From NCBI GenBank assembly GCA_039584255.1, contig JBDGYE010000009.1, positions 2,279-66,278 of the forward strand: a stretch of DNA of 64,000 nucleotides, given 5' to 3'. Below, one piece after another: positions 1-8,648 of this stretch (position 1 is its first letter; the number at the start of each line of letters is the position of its first letter). A program made the translations under genes and the position numbers. Source of the DNA: Gemmatimonadota bacterium (GTDB lineage Bacteria; Gemmatimonadota; Gemmatimonadetes; Palauibacterales; Palauibacteraceae). A model generated the notes under the pieces. It was not told the origin of the DNA. It searched no databases and was given only the letters and a program-made list of their open reading frames with translations.

Positions 1-1062
1 TCCGCGATAAGCTTCCGGGCCGAGGATCTGATAGCCGAGGAGCAGATGGTGATCACCGTCAGTCACCAGGGCTACATCAAGCGGATCGCTCCCGCCGTCT
101 ACCGCCAGCAGCGCCGGGGTGGCAGGGGCATCGCCGGAATGGACACGAAAGAGGAAGACTGGGTCGAGCACCTCTTTCTCGCCTCCACCCACGACTACCT
201 GTGCGTGTTCACGGCCGGGGGGCAGGTCTACTGGCTCAAGGTTCACCAGATCCCGCTCGCGTCGCGTACCTCGCGGGGCAAGCCGATCGTCAACCTCCTG
301 AACATCTCCAGGGACGAGAAGATCGCCTCTATCGTCCGGGTACGGGACTTCGAACCGGAACGATACCTTCTCTTTGCCACCCGGCACGGGCTGGTCAAGA
401 AGACCAGCCTGGCGGCCTACTCCAACGTGCGGTCTGTGGGAATCAACGCCATCAACGTCGTCGAGGGCGACCGGCTTATCGACGTTCAGCTCACCGACGG
501 CCACAACGATGTCATCCTGGCGACCCGGCATGGGATGGCCATTCGCTTCCCGGAGGCCGACGTGAGGAAGATGGGCAGGGCGACCAGAGGAGTGAGGGGA
601 ATCAACCTCGTGGACGGAGACGAGGTCATCGGGATGGTCGTGGTCCGTGAAGGTGCCAGCCTGCTCTCGGCGACCCGCCAGGGAATGGGCAAGCGCACCA
701 GGGTGGAGGATTACCGTCCGCAGCGTAGGGCGGGGAAGGGACTGATCAACTTCCGGACCACCGATAAGACTGGGGAGGTGATGGCGGTGAAAGAGGTGAC
801 GGCCGAGGACGAGTTGATGCTCGTGACCCGCGGAGGCGTCATCAACCGCCAGCACTCCAGCGAGATAAGGGTCATCGGTAGGGCCACGCAGGGAGTGCGG
901 CTAATATCCCTGGACGAGGGCGACGAGTTGATGGACGTGGCCAAGATCGCCACCGAAATCGCTGACGAAGAGGACGACGGGGTGCCGACGGACGAGACCA
1001 GCGAGCGCCCGGAGACAGAAGAGCGGGCCGTAGCCGGAGAACCGGCCGACAGCGAGTCCTGA
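1..1062 (+). CDS. gyrA: DNA gyrase subunit A, C-terminal domain (5' end lies outside the window)
   Basis: Frame 1 is open from base 1 with no upstream stop, so the listed ORF 46..1062 is only the tail of a longer gene. The translation shows VITVSHQGYIKR, RGGRGI and repeated ~50-aa blades carrying GKPIVNLL, ATRGVRGI and ATQGVRLI, followed by an acidic tail. This is the GyrA beta-pinwheel CTD pattern. Confidence 0.9.
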   Translation, partial: SAISFRAEDLIAEEQMVITVSHQGYIKRIAPAVYRQQRRGGRGIAGMDTKEEDWVEHLFLASTHDYLCVFTAGGQVYWLKVHQIPLASRTSRGKPIVNLLNISRDEKIASIVRVRDFEPERYLLFATRHGLVKKTSLAAYSNVRSVGINAINVVEGDRLIDVQLTDGHNDVILATRHGMAIRFPEADVRKMGRATRGVRGINLVDGDEVIGMVVVREGASLLSATRQGMGKRTRVEDYRPQRRAGKGLINFRTTDKTGEVMAVKEVTAEDELMLVTRGGVINRQHSSEIRVIGRATQGVRLISLDEGDELMDVAKIATEIADEEDDGVPTDETSERPETEERAVAGEPADSES

Positions 1063-1063
1063 G

Positions 1064-2089
1064 ATGTGGAGCGGCTACACGAACGGCGCCGTGCTGCCTA
1101 GCCTCCAACTCGTAGACCTGGAGACGATCCGTGACGCGGGTCACCGGATAGCGGGAGCGGTTCGCCGGACCCCGCTGCTGCCGGTGGCGTGGGGGGATGC
1201 CGGCCTCGGGCCATCTCCCCGCAGGGGAAGCCTGTGGCTGAAGTGCGAGTGCCTCCAGTTCGCCGGCGCATTCAAGCTTCGCGGCGCATACAACTTCATG
1301 GCCAGCCTCGACCCGGCAGCCAGGTCGGCCGGCGTCATCACGTACTCGTCCGGAAACCACGCACAGGGAGTGGCCTGGGCGGCCCGTGCGTTCGGAGTCC
1401 CCGCCACGGTCGTCATGCCGGTCGACGCTCCGGGCATAAAGGTAGAGGCTGTGCGGCGCCTCGGCGCCCGTCTGGAGCAGGTGGGGACGACGACGATCGA
1501 TCGGAAGGCGCGCGCCGAGGCGATCCTGGCAGAGCGCGGGGGTACAATGGTGCCTCCGCGCATCATAGCCGGTCAGGGCACGGTGGGCGTGGAGATCTTC
1601 GAACAGCTGACGGAAGCAACGAGTCGGGCGCTGCTGGACGGCGATCTTCGCCTCGTGGCGGTGCCCATCGGCGGCGGCGGCCTCATATCCGGGGTGGCCG
1701 CGGCGCTCAGGGCTCTGGTGCCTGACGCTCGAATCGTGGGAGTGGAGCCGGAAGGCGCGGCGAAAATGAGCCAGTCGCTGGAGGCGGGCCGGCCGATCAC
1801 GCTCGAGACGATCGATACGATCGCGGACGGCCTGAAGCCGGTACGTCCCGGGGATCTCACGTTCGCGCACTGCCGTGAGCTGGTGGATGAGGTCGTGACG
1901 GTTCCCGACGGCGCGATCCGGGACGCGGTGTTGTGGTGCTATGGGCGGCGGTTGGTTGTCGAGCCTAGCGGGGCCGCGACGGTAGCGGCACTGGCGACCG
2001 GAGCTGTCGTGCCGCCCGACGATGGCGACACCGTGGTCGTGCTTTCAGGGGGGAACCTGGACCCGGGACTTCTACGGGAATGGCTGTAG
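1064..2089 (+). CDS. PLP-dependent threonine/serine dehydratase family protein (threonine ammonia-lyase-like)
   Basis: 341-aa ORF with the PLP-lysine motif FKLRGAYN, then SSGNHAQGVA and the glycine loop PIGGGGLISG typical of fold-type II PLP dehydratases. It starts 2 nt after the gyrA stop. Confidence 0.8.
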   Translation: MWSGYTNGAVLPSLQLVDLETIRDAGHRIAGAVRRTPLLPVAWGDAGLGPSPRRGSLWLKCECLQFAGAFKLRGAYNFMASLDPAARSAGVITYSSGNHAQGVAWAARAFGVPATVVMPVDAPGIKVEAVRRLGARLEQVGTTTIDRKARAEAILAERGGTMVPPRIIAGQGTVGVEIFEQLTEATSRALLDGDLRLVAVPIGGGGLISGVAAALRALVPDARIVGVEPEGAAKMSQSLEAGRPITLETIDTIADGLKPVRPGDLTFAHCRELVDEVVTVPDGAIRDAVLWCYGRRLVVEPSGAATVAALATGAVVPPDDGDTVVVLSGGNLDPGLLREWL

Positions 2090-2124
2090 AGAGGCGTGAC
2101 ATAGAGTCAGGGAGGAAGCGTAGA

Positions 2125-2871
2125 GTGAGCGACTTTTTCATAGCTGTCACGGCCCCGGTGCGGGAGGACGAGATCGGGATGCCCGGCGTCGTCCTGGAGG
2201 AGGGATACCTGGCGGCGATGAGAGTGGCGGGGGGGCTGCCCCTGGTCCTCTCTCCCGCGTCCGAGCCGGAGGTTCGGGATCGCCTGTTCGGCCTGTCGAG
2301 CGGACTCATGCTCACGGGGGGCGAGGACCTCGACCCTGCCGCCTACGGAGAGCAGCCGGACGGAGCAAGGCGGATCTCGCCGCTGCGCGACACGATGGAG
2401 ATCGAGTTGGTCCGCGGGGCGATCGAGCGAGGGATGCCTGTGCTGGCCATCTGCAGAGGAGTACAGCTCCTCAACGTGGCCCTCGGCGGGACGCTCTACC
2501 AGGACCTGGAGACGCACTGGAGCGACAGCATAGATCACGACCGGTATCGGGAGTTCGGTGGGTCGATTCACTCCATCCGACCCGACGGAGTCCGGCAACT
2601 GGCGGGAGTGCTGAACGGTGAGGAGTTCGATCAGAACTCGGCACACCATCAGGGCATCAAGGACATTGCGTCGGGCCTGCGTCCGGTGGCCTGGGCCCCG
2701 GACGGCCTGGTGGAGGCAGTGGAGTGCCGGGAGCCGTGCGACGGGTGGACCGTCGGCGTACAGTGGCATCCGGAACGGAAGCTGGACGACCGGAGCGGAA
2801 CGAACCGTCGTCTGTTTCAGCGGTTCGGCGAGGAGATTCTGAGAAAACGGGTTGGGGATCCGTGCCCCTGA
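2125..2871 (+). CDS. class I glutamine amidotransferase-like hydrolase (gamma-glutamyl-GABA hydrolase / peptidase C26, PuuD-like)
   Basis: Nucleophile elbow AICRGVQLLNVALGG and the QWHPE His/Glu motif. The longest ORF starts at 2080, inside the upstream gene. In-frame GTG 2125 is preceded by GGAGG at 2111-2115, so I prefer 2125; the start is uncertain. Confidence 0.75.
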   Translation: MSDFFIAVTAPVREDEIGMPGVVLEEGYLAAMRVAGGLPLVLSPASEPEVRDRLFGLSSGLMLTGGEDLDPAAYGEQPDGARRISPLRDTMEIELVRGAIERGMPVLAICRGVQLLNVALGGTLYQDLETHWSDSIDHDRYREFGGSIHSIRPDGVRQLAGVLNGEEFDQNSAHHQGIKDIASGLRPVAWAPDGLVEAVECREPCDGWTVGVQWHPERKLDDRSGTNRRLFQRFGEEILRKRVGDPCP

Positions 2872-3566
2872 GACACCGGCTGCTGTTGTTCGACATCGAC
2901 GGAACGCTAGTGAACACCCTGGGCGCAGGCCGATCCGCCATCTTCACGGCGATGACGGAGGTCTATGGCGAGACCGGACCGATCGACGGCTTCCGCTTTC
3001 ACGGGAAGACGGACCCGGCCATAGTGCGGGGACTCCTGCGGGCCGCAGGCCACGGCGACACCTGGATCGAGCGGGGCTTCGACCGCCTCTGGGAACGTTA
3101 TTACGAGGAGCTCGAGAACGAGCTCGCTGCTCGCGACGGCCGGGTTTTCACCTACCCGGGCGTCACAGACCTCTTGGAGCGCCTCGGCTCCGACGATCGT
3201 TTCTGCCTCGGCCTCGTAACGGGCAACATGGAGCGCGGCGCCTGGCAGAAGTTGCGGGCGTGCGGACTCGACGACCATTTCGGCTTCGGTGCCTTCGGCT
3301 CCGATTCAGAGCACCGCGAGGATCTGCCGCCTCTCGCTCGAGACAGGGCGGAGGCCAGCCTGGGAAGGTCTTTCGTGCTCGGGGAGGCCATCGTCGTGGG
3401 CGACACCCCCGAGGACATCAACTGCGCGAGGGTAAGCGGAGCCCGGGTCCTGGCGGTGGCTACGGGGCGCAACTCGATCGACGAGTTGGCCGAGCACAAT
3501 CCCGATGCGGTCGTCTCCGATCTGTCGGACACGAACCTCGTGATGCGGATACTCTCAGATGACTAG
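2862..3566 (+). CDS. HAD-superfamily hydrolase (phosphoglycolate phosphatase-like)
   Basis: HAD motif I LLLFDIDGTLVNT, motif II LVTGN, and a C-terminal VGDTPEDI Asp motif. The long ORF (2724..) overlaps the upstream gene in another frame. In-frame GTG 2862 sits just before the domain, so the start is inferred. Confidence 0.75.
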   Translation: MPLRHRLLLFDIDGTLVNTLGAGRSAIFTAMTEVYGETGPIDGFRFHGKTDPAIVRGLLRAAGHGDTWIERGFDRLWERYYEELENELAARDGRVFTYPGVTDLLERLGSDDRFCLGLVTGNMERGAWQKLRACGLDDHFGFGAFGSDSEHREDLPPLARDRAEASLGRSFVLGEAIVVGDTPEDINCARVSGARVLAVATGRNSIDELAEHNPDAVVSDLSDTNLVMRILSDD

Positions 3567-4965
3567 CGGCTCCGTCATCCTGGACGTGTTCGTGGAAGGC
3601 CTCGGGGTCCGCCGTGACGCTCGACTCACCCTGACTACGACCTCCATCCTGTGCGACGAGATCTCCGTTCCGTACGGAGACGTGTTCTGGCTCTCCCGGC
3701 GTGCGGGAATGCTCATGGTCTTCGCCGGGTGGGTGACGCTGGCGGTGAAAGGCTCATCACAGGAGCTCGATCGGCTCTACCAGCAGATGACGACTAGTGT
3801 CGACGTGACAGAGCTCCGGCGCAGCATCGTTCGCCAGCTCGGCCACGAGGTCGTTCTCTTTACGGGAGGCTGCGCGGCCAACGGGACCATCGGCGGCCGG
3901 AAGGTCGGTGGCCTCTTCGTGGCGGCGGCGACGCGTCGCGCGCTCTACTTACTGTCGGGAGGACGGCAGCTCTCGGTCGAGTGGCCCGCCCGGGCCGCGC
4001 GCAGAAGGCCCGCGCGCAGCGCCGATCGGGGCGACCACGACTCGGACTATCTGGCTGTTTCGCGTGGTGATACGTCTCTGACCGTTCGCTACCTGTTTCC
4101 CGAGGAGTTGGGAGCGGTCCTGTTCGCGGCCTCCAAGCAGCCGCAAGAGCCGGCCGTCGGAAGGCCGCTGGAGCTGTTCAGCCGACGAGAGGTGTCGCCG
4201 CCGACTCCGGCCGACCTGCCAGAGTTCTCTCTCGCCGCCGGCTCGCTACAGGAAGTGGCCGAGCGCGCGGCGGCCAACGTCCCCGGTGAGCTGTGCGCCC
4301 AGGCTTTGCTCGAGCCCTATTACTTCGAGACCCACTTTCTCGAGCTGGGCGAGATCGCCCTGGGCCCGCTGCTGCTGAGGAAGTCGGCGGCCTCCAGTGC
4401 CGACAGTCTGCACAGGGCCGTCAAGGCGATGAACGCCGGCGGCTTGCAGGACGACACGCGGGCTGCGGTGGCCACCGCCTCCGACCGCATGCTGGCCGCG
4501 TACGACGCCGAGCTGAAGCGGCTGCTGGCTCTCAAACGGGTTGCACCTCGACAGGAGAAGGAGTTCCAGATCCCGCCGGTGGAGCGTGCGGCCCTGGCCG
4601 CTCGCATGCAGGCGCCGTTCGACCGGCTGTGGGGACGCTTCGAGGGACTGGCGGAGCAGGAGACCGAGCTCATCCGACGGCTGGCCACACTCGATGCCGG
4701 CCCGCCCGATGAGGATGACACCGAGGTAAGGGAGGCGGCGGAGGAATGGCGCGCGACTCTAAGCCGGCTGGACAGCGGCTACGACGGGGCGTGGCGCGAG
4801 CTGGTGGAGGAGATCGAGCGGAGCTGGTCCACGGAGCTGCTGCCGCGACTCACCCACATCAATGAGGCTGAGCGACGCCGCGTGCCTGAGTGGGTCCAAC
4901 TCGCGGCCCTAGCCTTCATGACCCTTCTGCTGGCGGCGGCGCTCGTATTCGTGGTGTTCGGCTGA
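3559..4965 (+). CDS. hypothetical protein, C-terminal single transmembrane anchor
   Basis: 468-aa ORF with non-artifactual composition. Its start overlaps the HAD stop by 8 nt. The C-terminus WVQLAALAFMTLLLAAALVFVVFG is a single hydrophobic helix. I recognise no family. Confidence 0.5.
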   Translation: MTSGSVILDVFVEGLGVRRDARLTLTTTSILCDEISVPYGDVFWLSRRAGMLMVFAGWVTLAVKGSSQELDRLYQQMTTSVDVTELRRSIVRQLGHEVVLFTGGCAANGTIGGRKVGGLFVAAATRRALYLLSGGRQLSVEWPARAARRRPARSADRGDHDSDYLAVSRGDTSLTVRYLFPEELGAVLFAASKQPQEPAVGRPLELFSRREVSPPTPADLPEFSLAAGSLQEVAERAAANVPGELCAQALLEPYYFETHFLELGEIALGPLLLRKSAASSADSLHRAVKAMNAGGLQDDTRAAVATASDRMLAAYDAELKRLLALKRVAPRQEKEFQIPPVERAALAARMQAPFDRLWGRFEGLAEQETELIRRLATLDAGPPDEDDTEVREAAEEWRATLSRLDSGYDGAWRELVEEIERSWSTELLPRLTHINEAERRRVPEWVQLAALAFMTLLLAAALVFVVFG

Positions 4966-5013
4966 TTCGCGCGGGGTGGGGGTCGTCGACTCGCGCCGGC
5001 CCCCCCGGACGCT

Positions 5014-5832
5014 ATGTTGGGGAGCCTTTCCCGATCCGGGGGTAAGACGGCTCGTAACGCAGGCGACTCAAGGAGATGGATTTTGGCGACGAAGAACGTG
5101 CAATCCGCCGGCCGGGCAAGCGCCGGCGGCAGGAAAGGCGGAGACGGTAAGGGCGGACACCGATTCCTGCTGGCCGTCGCCGCCGTGGCGGTCGCAGGCA
5201 TCGTCGGCATCCTGGTGGCCCGTGGCTCGGGCGGCGAGTCCGAGGCACCGGTGCTGAGCGTTGCCGAGACCACGGCCGTCGAGGCCGATCCCGCGGCAGG
5301 GAAGGCCATCGGGCCGGAGGACGCTTCGATAGTGATCATGGAGTTCTCGGATTACCTGTGCCCGCACTGCCGGACCTTCAACTCGCTCACGGGCAAGCTA
5401 CTCCGGCAGAACTACGCGCAGGATGGCGGACCTCTTCGCTGGGTCTCCTATGAGTTCCCGCTTTGGCCGGAGTCGGTGCTTCCGGCGCTGGCAGCCAGGT
5501 GCGCGGACGAGCAGGGAAGATACTGGGACTTTCACGATCTGCTGTTCGCCCGTGTCGATAGCTGGCGGAGCGAGCGTGCGCCAACCCGGAAGTTCGCTGG
5601 CTATGCTCGCGACCTGGGGCTGGACGGAGACACGTTCGACGCGTGCATGGCGGAGCAGAGAACGATGTCGAGCCTGATGGCCTCACGCAAATACGGCGAA
5701 CAGCTGGGCGTCGGTTCGACGCCGACGCTCTTCGTGGACGGTGAGCTCCTGCCCCACGGCGAAGCGTACGGTTACGAGAACCTCGAGCGGGCGATCCTCG
5801 CCGCCGCGGAGGGAGGCGGGTCAGCCGAGTAG
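5014..5832 (+). CDS. DsbA-family thiol:disulfide oxidoreductase (membrane-anchored/secreted)
   Basis: N-terminal hydrophobic segment FLLAVAAVAVAGIVGILVA followed by a thioredoxin-fold CxxC active site in FSDYLCPHCRTF. The exact start is uncertain. Confidence 0.75.
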   Translation: MLGSLSRSGGKTARNAGDSRRWILATKNVQSAGRASAGGRKGGDGKGGHRFLLAVAAVAVAGIVGILVARGSGGESEAPVLSVAETTAVEADPAAGKAIGPEDASIVIMEFSDYLCPHCRTFNSLTGKLLRQNYAQDGGPLRWVSYEFPLWPESVLPALAARCADEQGRYWDFHDLLFARVDSWRSERAPTRKFAGYARDLGLDGDTFDACMAEQRTMSSLMASRKYGEQLGVGSTPTLFVDGELLPHGEAYGYENLERAILAAAEGGGSAE

Positions 5833-5835
5833 CCG

Positions 5836-6288
5836 ATGCGCTACGACACCCGTCTGAGAGGAACAGTGCTTCTGGCTCTCGCCGGGCTCTTCGTGGCGCT
5901 GTACCTGCTTCTCTATCACATGGGTTTCTACGGTGCCTTGGTATGCGGCCCCGGTTCCTGTGACGTGGTTCAGGGATCGAAGTACGCACGTTTCCTGGGT
6001 CTTCCCGTCCCCGGCTGGGGAGTGGCCTGGTATGCCGGCGTCTTCACCCTGGGCCTGGCCGCGCTGCATCCGCGGTTCGAGGAGGAGCAGTGGCCCTACC
6101 GGCTGCTGTCGCTCGCCGCGACCGGTGGCCTCGCCTTCTCGGCCTATCTCACCGTGGTGGAGCTCTTCGTGCTCCGCGCCGTCTGCATGTGGTGCGTGAT
6201 CAGCGCCGTCATCACGCTCCTGATCTTCGTTCTCCTCTCGCCGTGGCGAGCGCCCGGATCGTACAGGGAGGTCGGGAGCCAGGCCTGA
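5836..6288 (+). CDS. vitamin K epoxide reductase (VKOR) family membrane protein
   Basis: 150 aa with four or more hydrophobic helices. It has the loop cysteine pair CGPGSC and the CxxC redox motif CMWC in the last helix, both VKOR hallmarks. It starts 4 nt after the DsbA-like gene. Confidence 0.8.
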   Translation: MRYDTRLRGTVLLALAGLFVALYLLLYHMGFYGALVCGPGSCDVVQGSKYARFLGLPVPGWGVAWYAGVFTLGLAALHPRFEEEQWPYRLLSLAATGGLAFSAYLTVVELFVLRAVCMWCVISAVITLLIFVLLSPWRAPGSYREVGSQA

Positions 6289-6326
6289 GACGCCCGGCCT
6301 GCCGCTCTCGTTTGCCAGATGAAGAA

Positions 6327-6357
6327 GAGCGGCCGACCTTTCAGCGGTCGGCCGCTC
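6327..6357. terminator. GC-rich hairpin between convergent genes (probable intrinsic terminator, best oriented for the minus-strand sigma gene)
   Basis: Perfect 12-bp stem GAGCGGCCGACC (6327-6338) / GGTCGGCCGCTC (6346-6357) with the 7-nt loop TTTCAGC. On the minus strand the hairpin is followed by TTCTTCATC. There is no U-tract on the plus side. Confidence 0.6.
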
Positions 6358-6382
6358 CTAGTCCTGCGGGGTTTAGGCCAGC

Positions 6383-7246
6383 TTACGCGCTCGCGCGCCA
6401 GAATCCCTCGAGCGCCTCTCCGTGGTCGGAGTTCCGAAGCTTGTCGAAGGCCCGGTTGCGGATCTGCCGAATGCGCTCGCGGGTGACGCCCAGCAGCTCG
6501 CCGATCTGCTCGAGCGTCATCTCCTCACCGTCATCCAGGCCGTAATACAGCACCAGGATCTTGCGCTCCCTCTCGGTGAGGTATTTCTCGAACATCCTCT
6601 CCAGGAACTCACGCCGCGCCTGGGACTCGACGTCGACTTCGATGTCAGCCTCATCGGCGCCGGAGAACCGCTCCCCGAACGAAGCGCTGTCGCGATCCGA
6701 CTTGTCCAGCGGCGCATCGAGACTGAGCTCCGCGGAGGCGACCCGGCGAAGCGCCCGGACCGTCTCGACCGGCTCCTTCATCTCCTCGGCGATCTCCCTG
6801 TCTGTCGGAGAGCGCCCCAGCTTCTGCGTGAGCGCGGTCTCCGTCCGCGACAGCTTGACCAGGTTTGAGTTCTGGTTCAGCGGGATGCGTACGGAGCGCG
6901 TCTGCTCGGCCAGCGCCTGAAGCACGGTCTGCCGGATCCACCAAACGGCGTAGGAGATGAACTTCACCCCCTTGTCTGGATCGAACTTCTTGACCGCCTT
7001 CAGCAGTCCCTCGTTCCCGATGCAGACCAGCTCCGCGAGGTTCAGCCCGCGGCCCTGGTACTTCTTCACGTAAGAGATCACGAAGCGCAGGTTGGCCGTG
7101 ACGAGGCGCTCGGCGGCGGATCGATCACCTGCGCGGGCCCGACGGGCTATCTCGCGCTCTTCTCCCGGATCCTCGATGAGCGGATACCGCTCCACGTCCT
7201 GGAGGTACTGGTCAAACGAGTCGAGAGCTCGTGCGTCGAAGAACAT
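6383..7246 (-). CDS. RNA polymerase sigma-70 family factor, RpoD/SigA-like (group 1/2)
   Basis: Regions 1.2-4 are recognisable: YLQDVERYPLI, ANLRFVISYVKKY, FISYAVWWIRQ, and TLEQIGELLGVTRERIRQI. ATG 7246 is preceded by GGGAGGG, so the upstream 43 codons of the long ORF are rejected. The product is 287 aa. Confidence 0.85.
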   Translation of the reverse strand: MFFDARALDSFDQYLQDVERYPLIEDPGEEREIARRARAGDRSAAERLVTANLRFVISYVKKYQGRGLNLAELVCIGNEGLLKAVKKFDPDKGVKFISYAVWWIRQTVLQALAEQTRSVRIPLNQNSNLVKLSRTETALTQKLGRSPTDREIAEEMKEPVETVRALRRVASAELSLDAPLDKSDRDSASFGERFSGADEADIEVDVESQARREFLERMFEKYLTERERKILVLYYGLDDGEEMTLEQIGELLGVTRERIRQIRNRAFDKLRNSDHGEALEGFWRASA

Positions 7247-7469
7247 TTCCCTCCCGTCGGACACGCTATCGAGATGAAAAGAGCGAGCCGGCGGCGCGTT
7301 CTGATCCCGCACCTGCCGACCCGCCCGCATGCCTACAGCGCGTTCCGTGTTTCTTCCTCGGGTCACCCGGGTCACTCCGCGTGCTCCATCTCACCAAGGT
7401 AAGACTCCTGCGGTGAGGCCCGGAAGCCTCCAAGCGAGCCTCATACCTGTCTGTTCAGGGAATGTTCCC

Positions 7470-8081
7470 TCACTCCCTGAGAGCCTCCTTGAGCCAGCGT
7501 TGGTTCTCCGGCGAGAGCCACTCGCTCTCCCCGGAATCCGTCGCCGGAGGACCGGCGGCGTCTTCGGCATCCAGCCTGAGCTCCGGGCCGGTCTCAGCGC
7601 GCTCACCCGCACCCGCGGTAGCCCACTTGCGCAGGCGCCCCCTCAGAATGGCGGCTCCAAGAAGCAGCGCCACCAGCGGAAGAAGGTAGACCACCAGGTT
7701 GATGCCCTGCGCCGGGGGCTTGAGGAGAATCCACTCTCCATAGCGGCTGACGAAGTATGCCTTTACCTCCTCCGGCGTCTCTCCCGCGGCCAGGCGTTCA
7801 CGGACCACATCCTGCATCTCACGCGAGAGCTCCGCGTTGGATTCCAACACCGACTGGTTGCGGCAGACTGGACAGCGCAGCTCCGCCGCTACTTCCGCCG
7901 CCCGCGCGTCCAATTCAGCTGCTGCCGGATCCGTCAGCTCCGAGCGTGGACTCGCCGAGTCGGCTACCGATGGTTCCTCCGGAGTCACCTCCTGCGCCGG
8001 CGCCGTGACGCCCGACCAGAGGATCACCGCCACAGCCGCCAGACTTGCCGCAGGGGCACTCGCACGCCCGTGCCGCCTCAC
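7470..8081 (-). CDS. ccmH: cytochrome c-type biogenesis protein CcmH
   Basis: LRCPVCRNQS CxxC motif, followed by a TM helix (LVVYLLPLVALLLGAAIL). GTG 8081 overlaps the ccmG stop (GTGA). The upstream part of the long ORF overlaps ccmG in another frame. Confidence 0.8.
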   Translation of the reverse strand: MRRHGRASAPAASLAAVAVILWSGVTAPAQEVTPEEPSVADSASPRSELTDPAAAELDARAAEVAAELRCPVCRNQSVLESNAELSREMQDVVRERLAAGETPEEVKAYFVSRYGEWILLKPPAQGINLVVYLLPLVALLLGAAILRGRLRKWATAGAGERAETGPELRLDAEDAAGPPATDSGESEWLSPENQRWLKEALRE

Positions 8082-8638
8082 AGGCCCGCCTCCGCAGATG
8101 CGGCGGTCGAAGGGATTGGGCCCGCGATCAGGGAGTCCATCATGGTCCTGACCAGCTGCCAATCCACCGGCCCGACCTTCTTGTATCCGATCTGGCCGTC
8201 CCTTCCAATAAAGAAGCTCTCCGGTACGCCGTAAACCCCGAAGTCGATCGCGGTTCGCTGCGATGGGTCCTTCAGGTGGAGCCAATCTCCTCCGAGTTGC
8301 GCGAGAAACCGCCGCGCGTTCGCCTCCGTGTCCTGATATATCACCCCGACGACGACTGCTTCGGAATCGTCATACGTGTCGTCGGCGAGCCTCAGCACCT
8401 CGTGCTCGGCACGGCACGGAATGCACCACGAAGCCCAGAAGTTGAGGAGAACGGCCTTCCCCTCCAGCTCCGCCATCGAGAGTGAGTCACCGCCAAGCGT
8501 TTCGAGCCTAAACGCCGGCGCCTCCATTCCCTCGAGTGGGGTGGGCAGTACGTAGGTGTCCCGCGTCAGTCCGAAGGTGAGCAGGCCCAGAATCGGGACC
8601 GCCACCAGCGGAAGCAGCCAGCGAAGTCTCCCCTTCAT
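8078..8638 (-). CDS. ccmG: thiol:disulfide interchange protein CcmG/DsbE (TlpA family)
   Basis: N-terminal anchor plus the thioredoxin motif FWASWCIPCRAEH and a GVYGVPESF segment. It lies between ccmF and ccmH. Confidence 0.85.
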   Translation of the reverse strand: MKGRLRWLLPLVAVPILGLLTFGLTRDTYVLPTPLEGMEAPAFRLETLGGDSLSMAELEGKAVLLNFWASWCIPCRAEHEVLRLADDTYDDSEAVVVGVIYQDTEANARRFLAQLGGDWLHLKDPSQRTAIDFGVYGVPESFFIGRDGQIGYKKVGPVDWQLVRTMMDSLIAGPIPSTAASAEAGL

Positions 8639-8648
8639 GCCGCCCTCC

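Noticed and set aside
872-1870. 332-aa minus-strand ORF overlapping gyrA and the dehydratase gene
   Set aside because: It is antisense to two genes with strong family motifs. The translation is Arg/Pro/His-rich with no recognisable domain, which is the typical open antisense frame of high-GC DNA.
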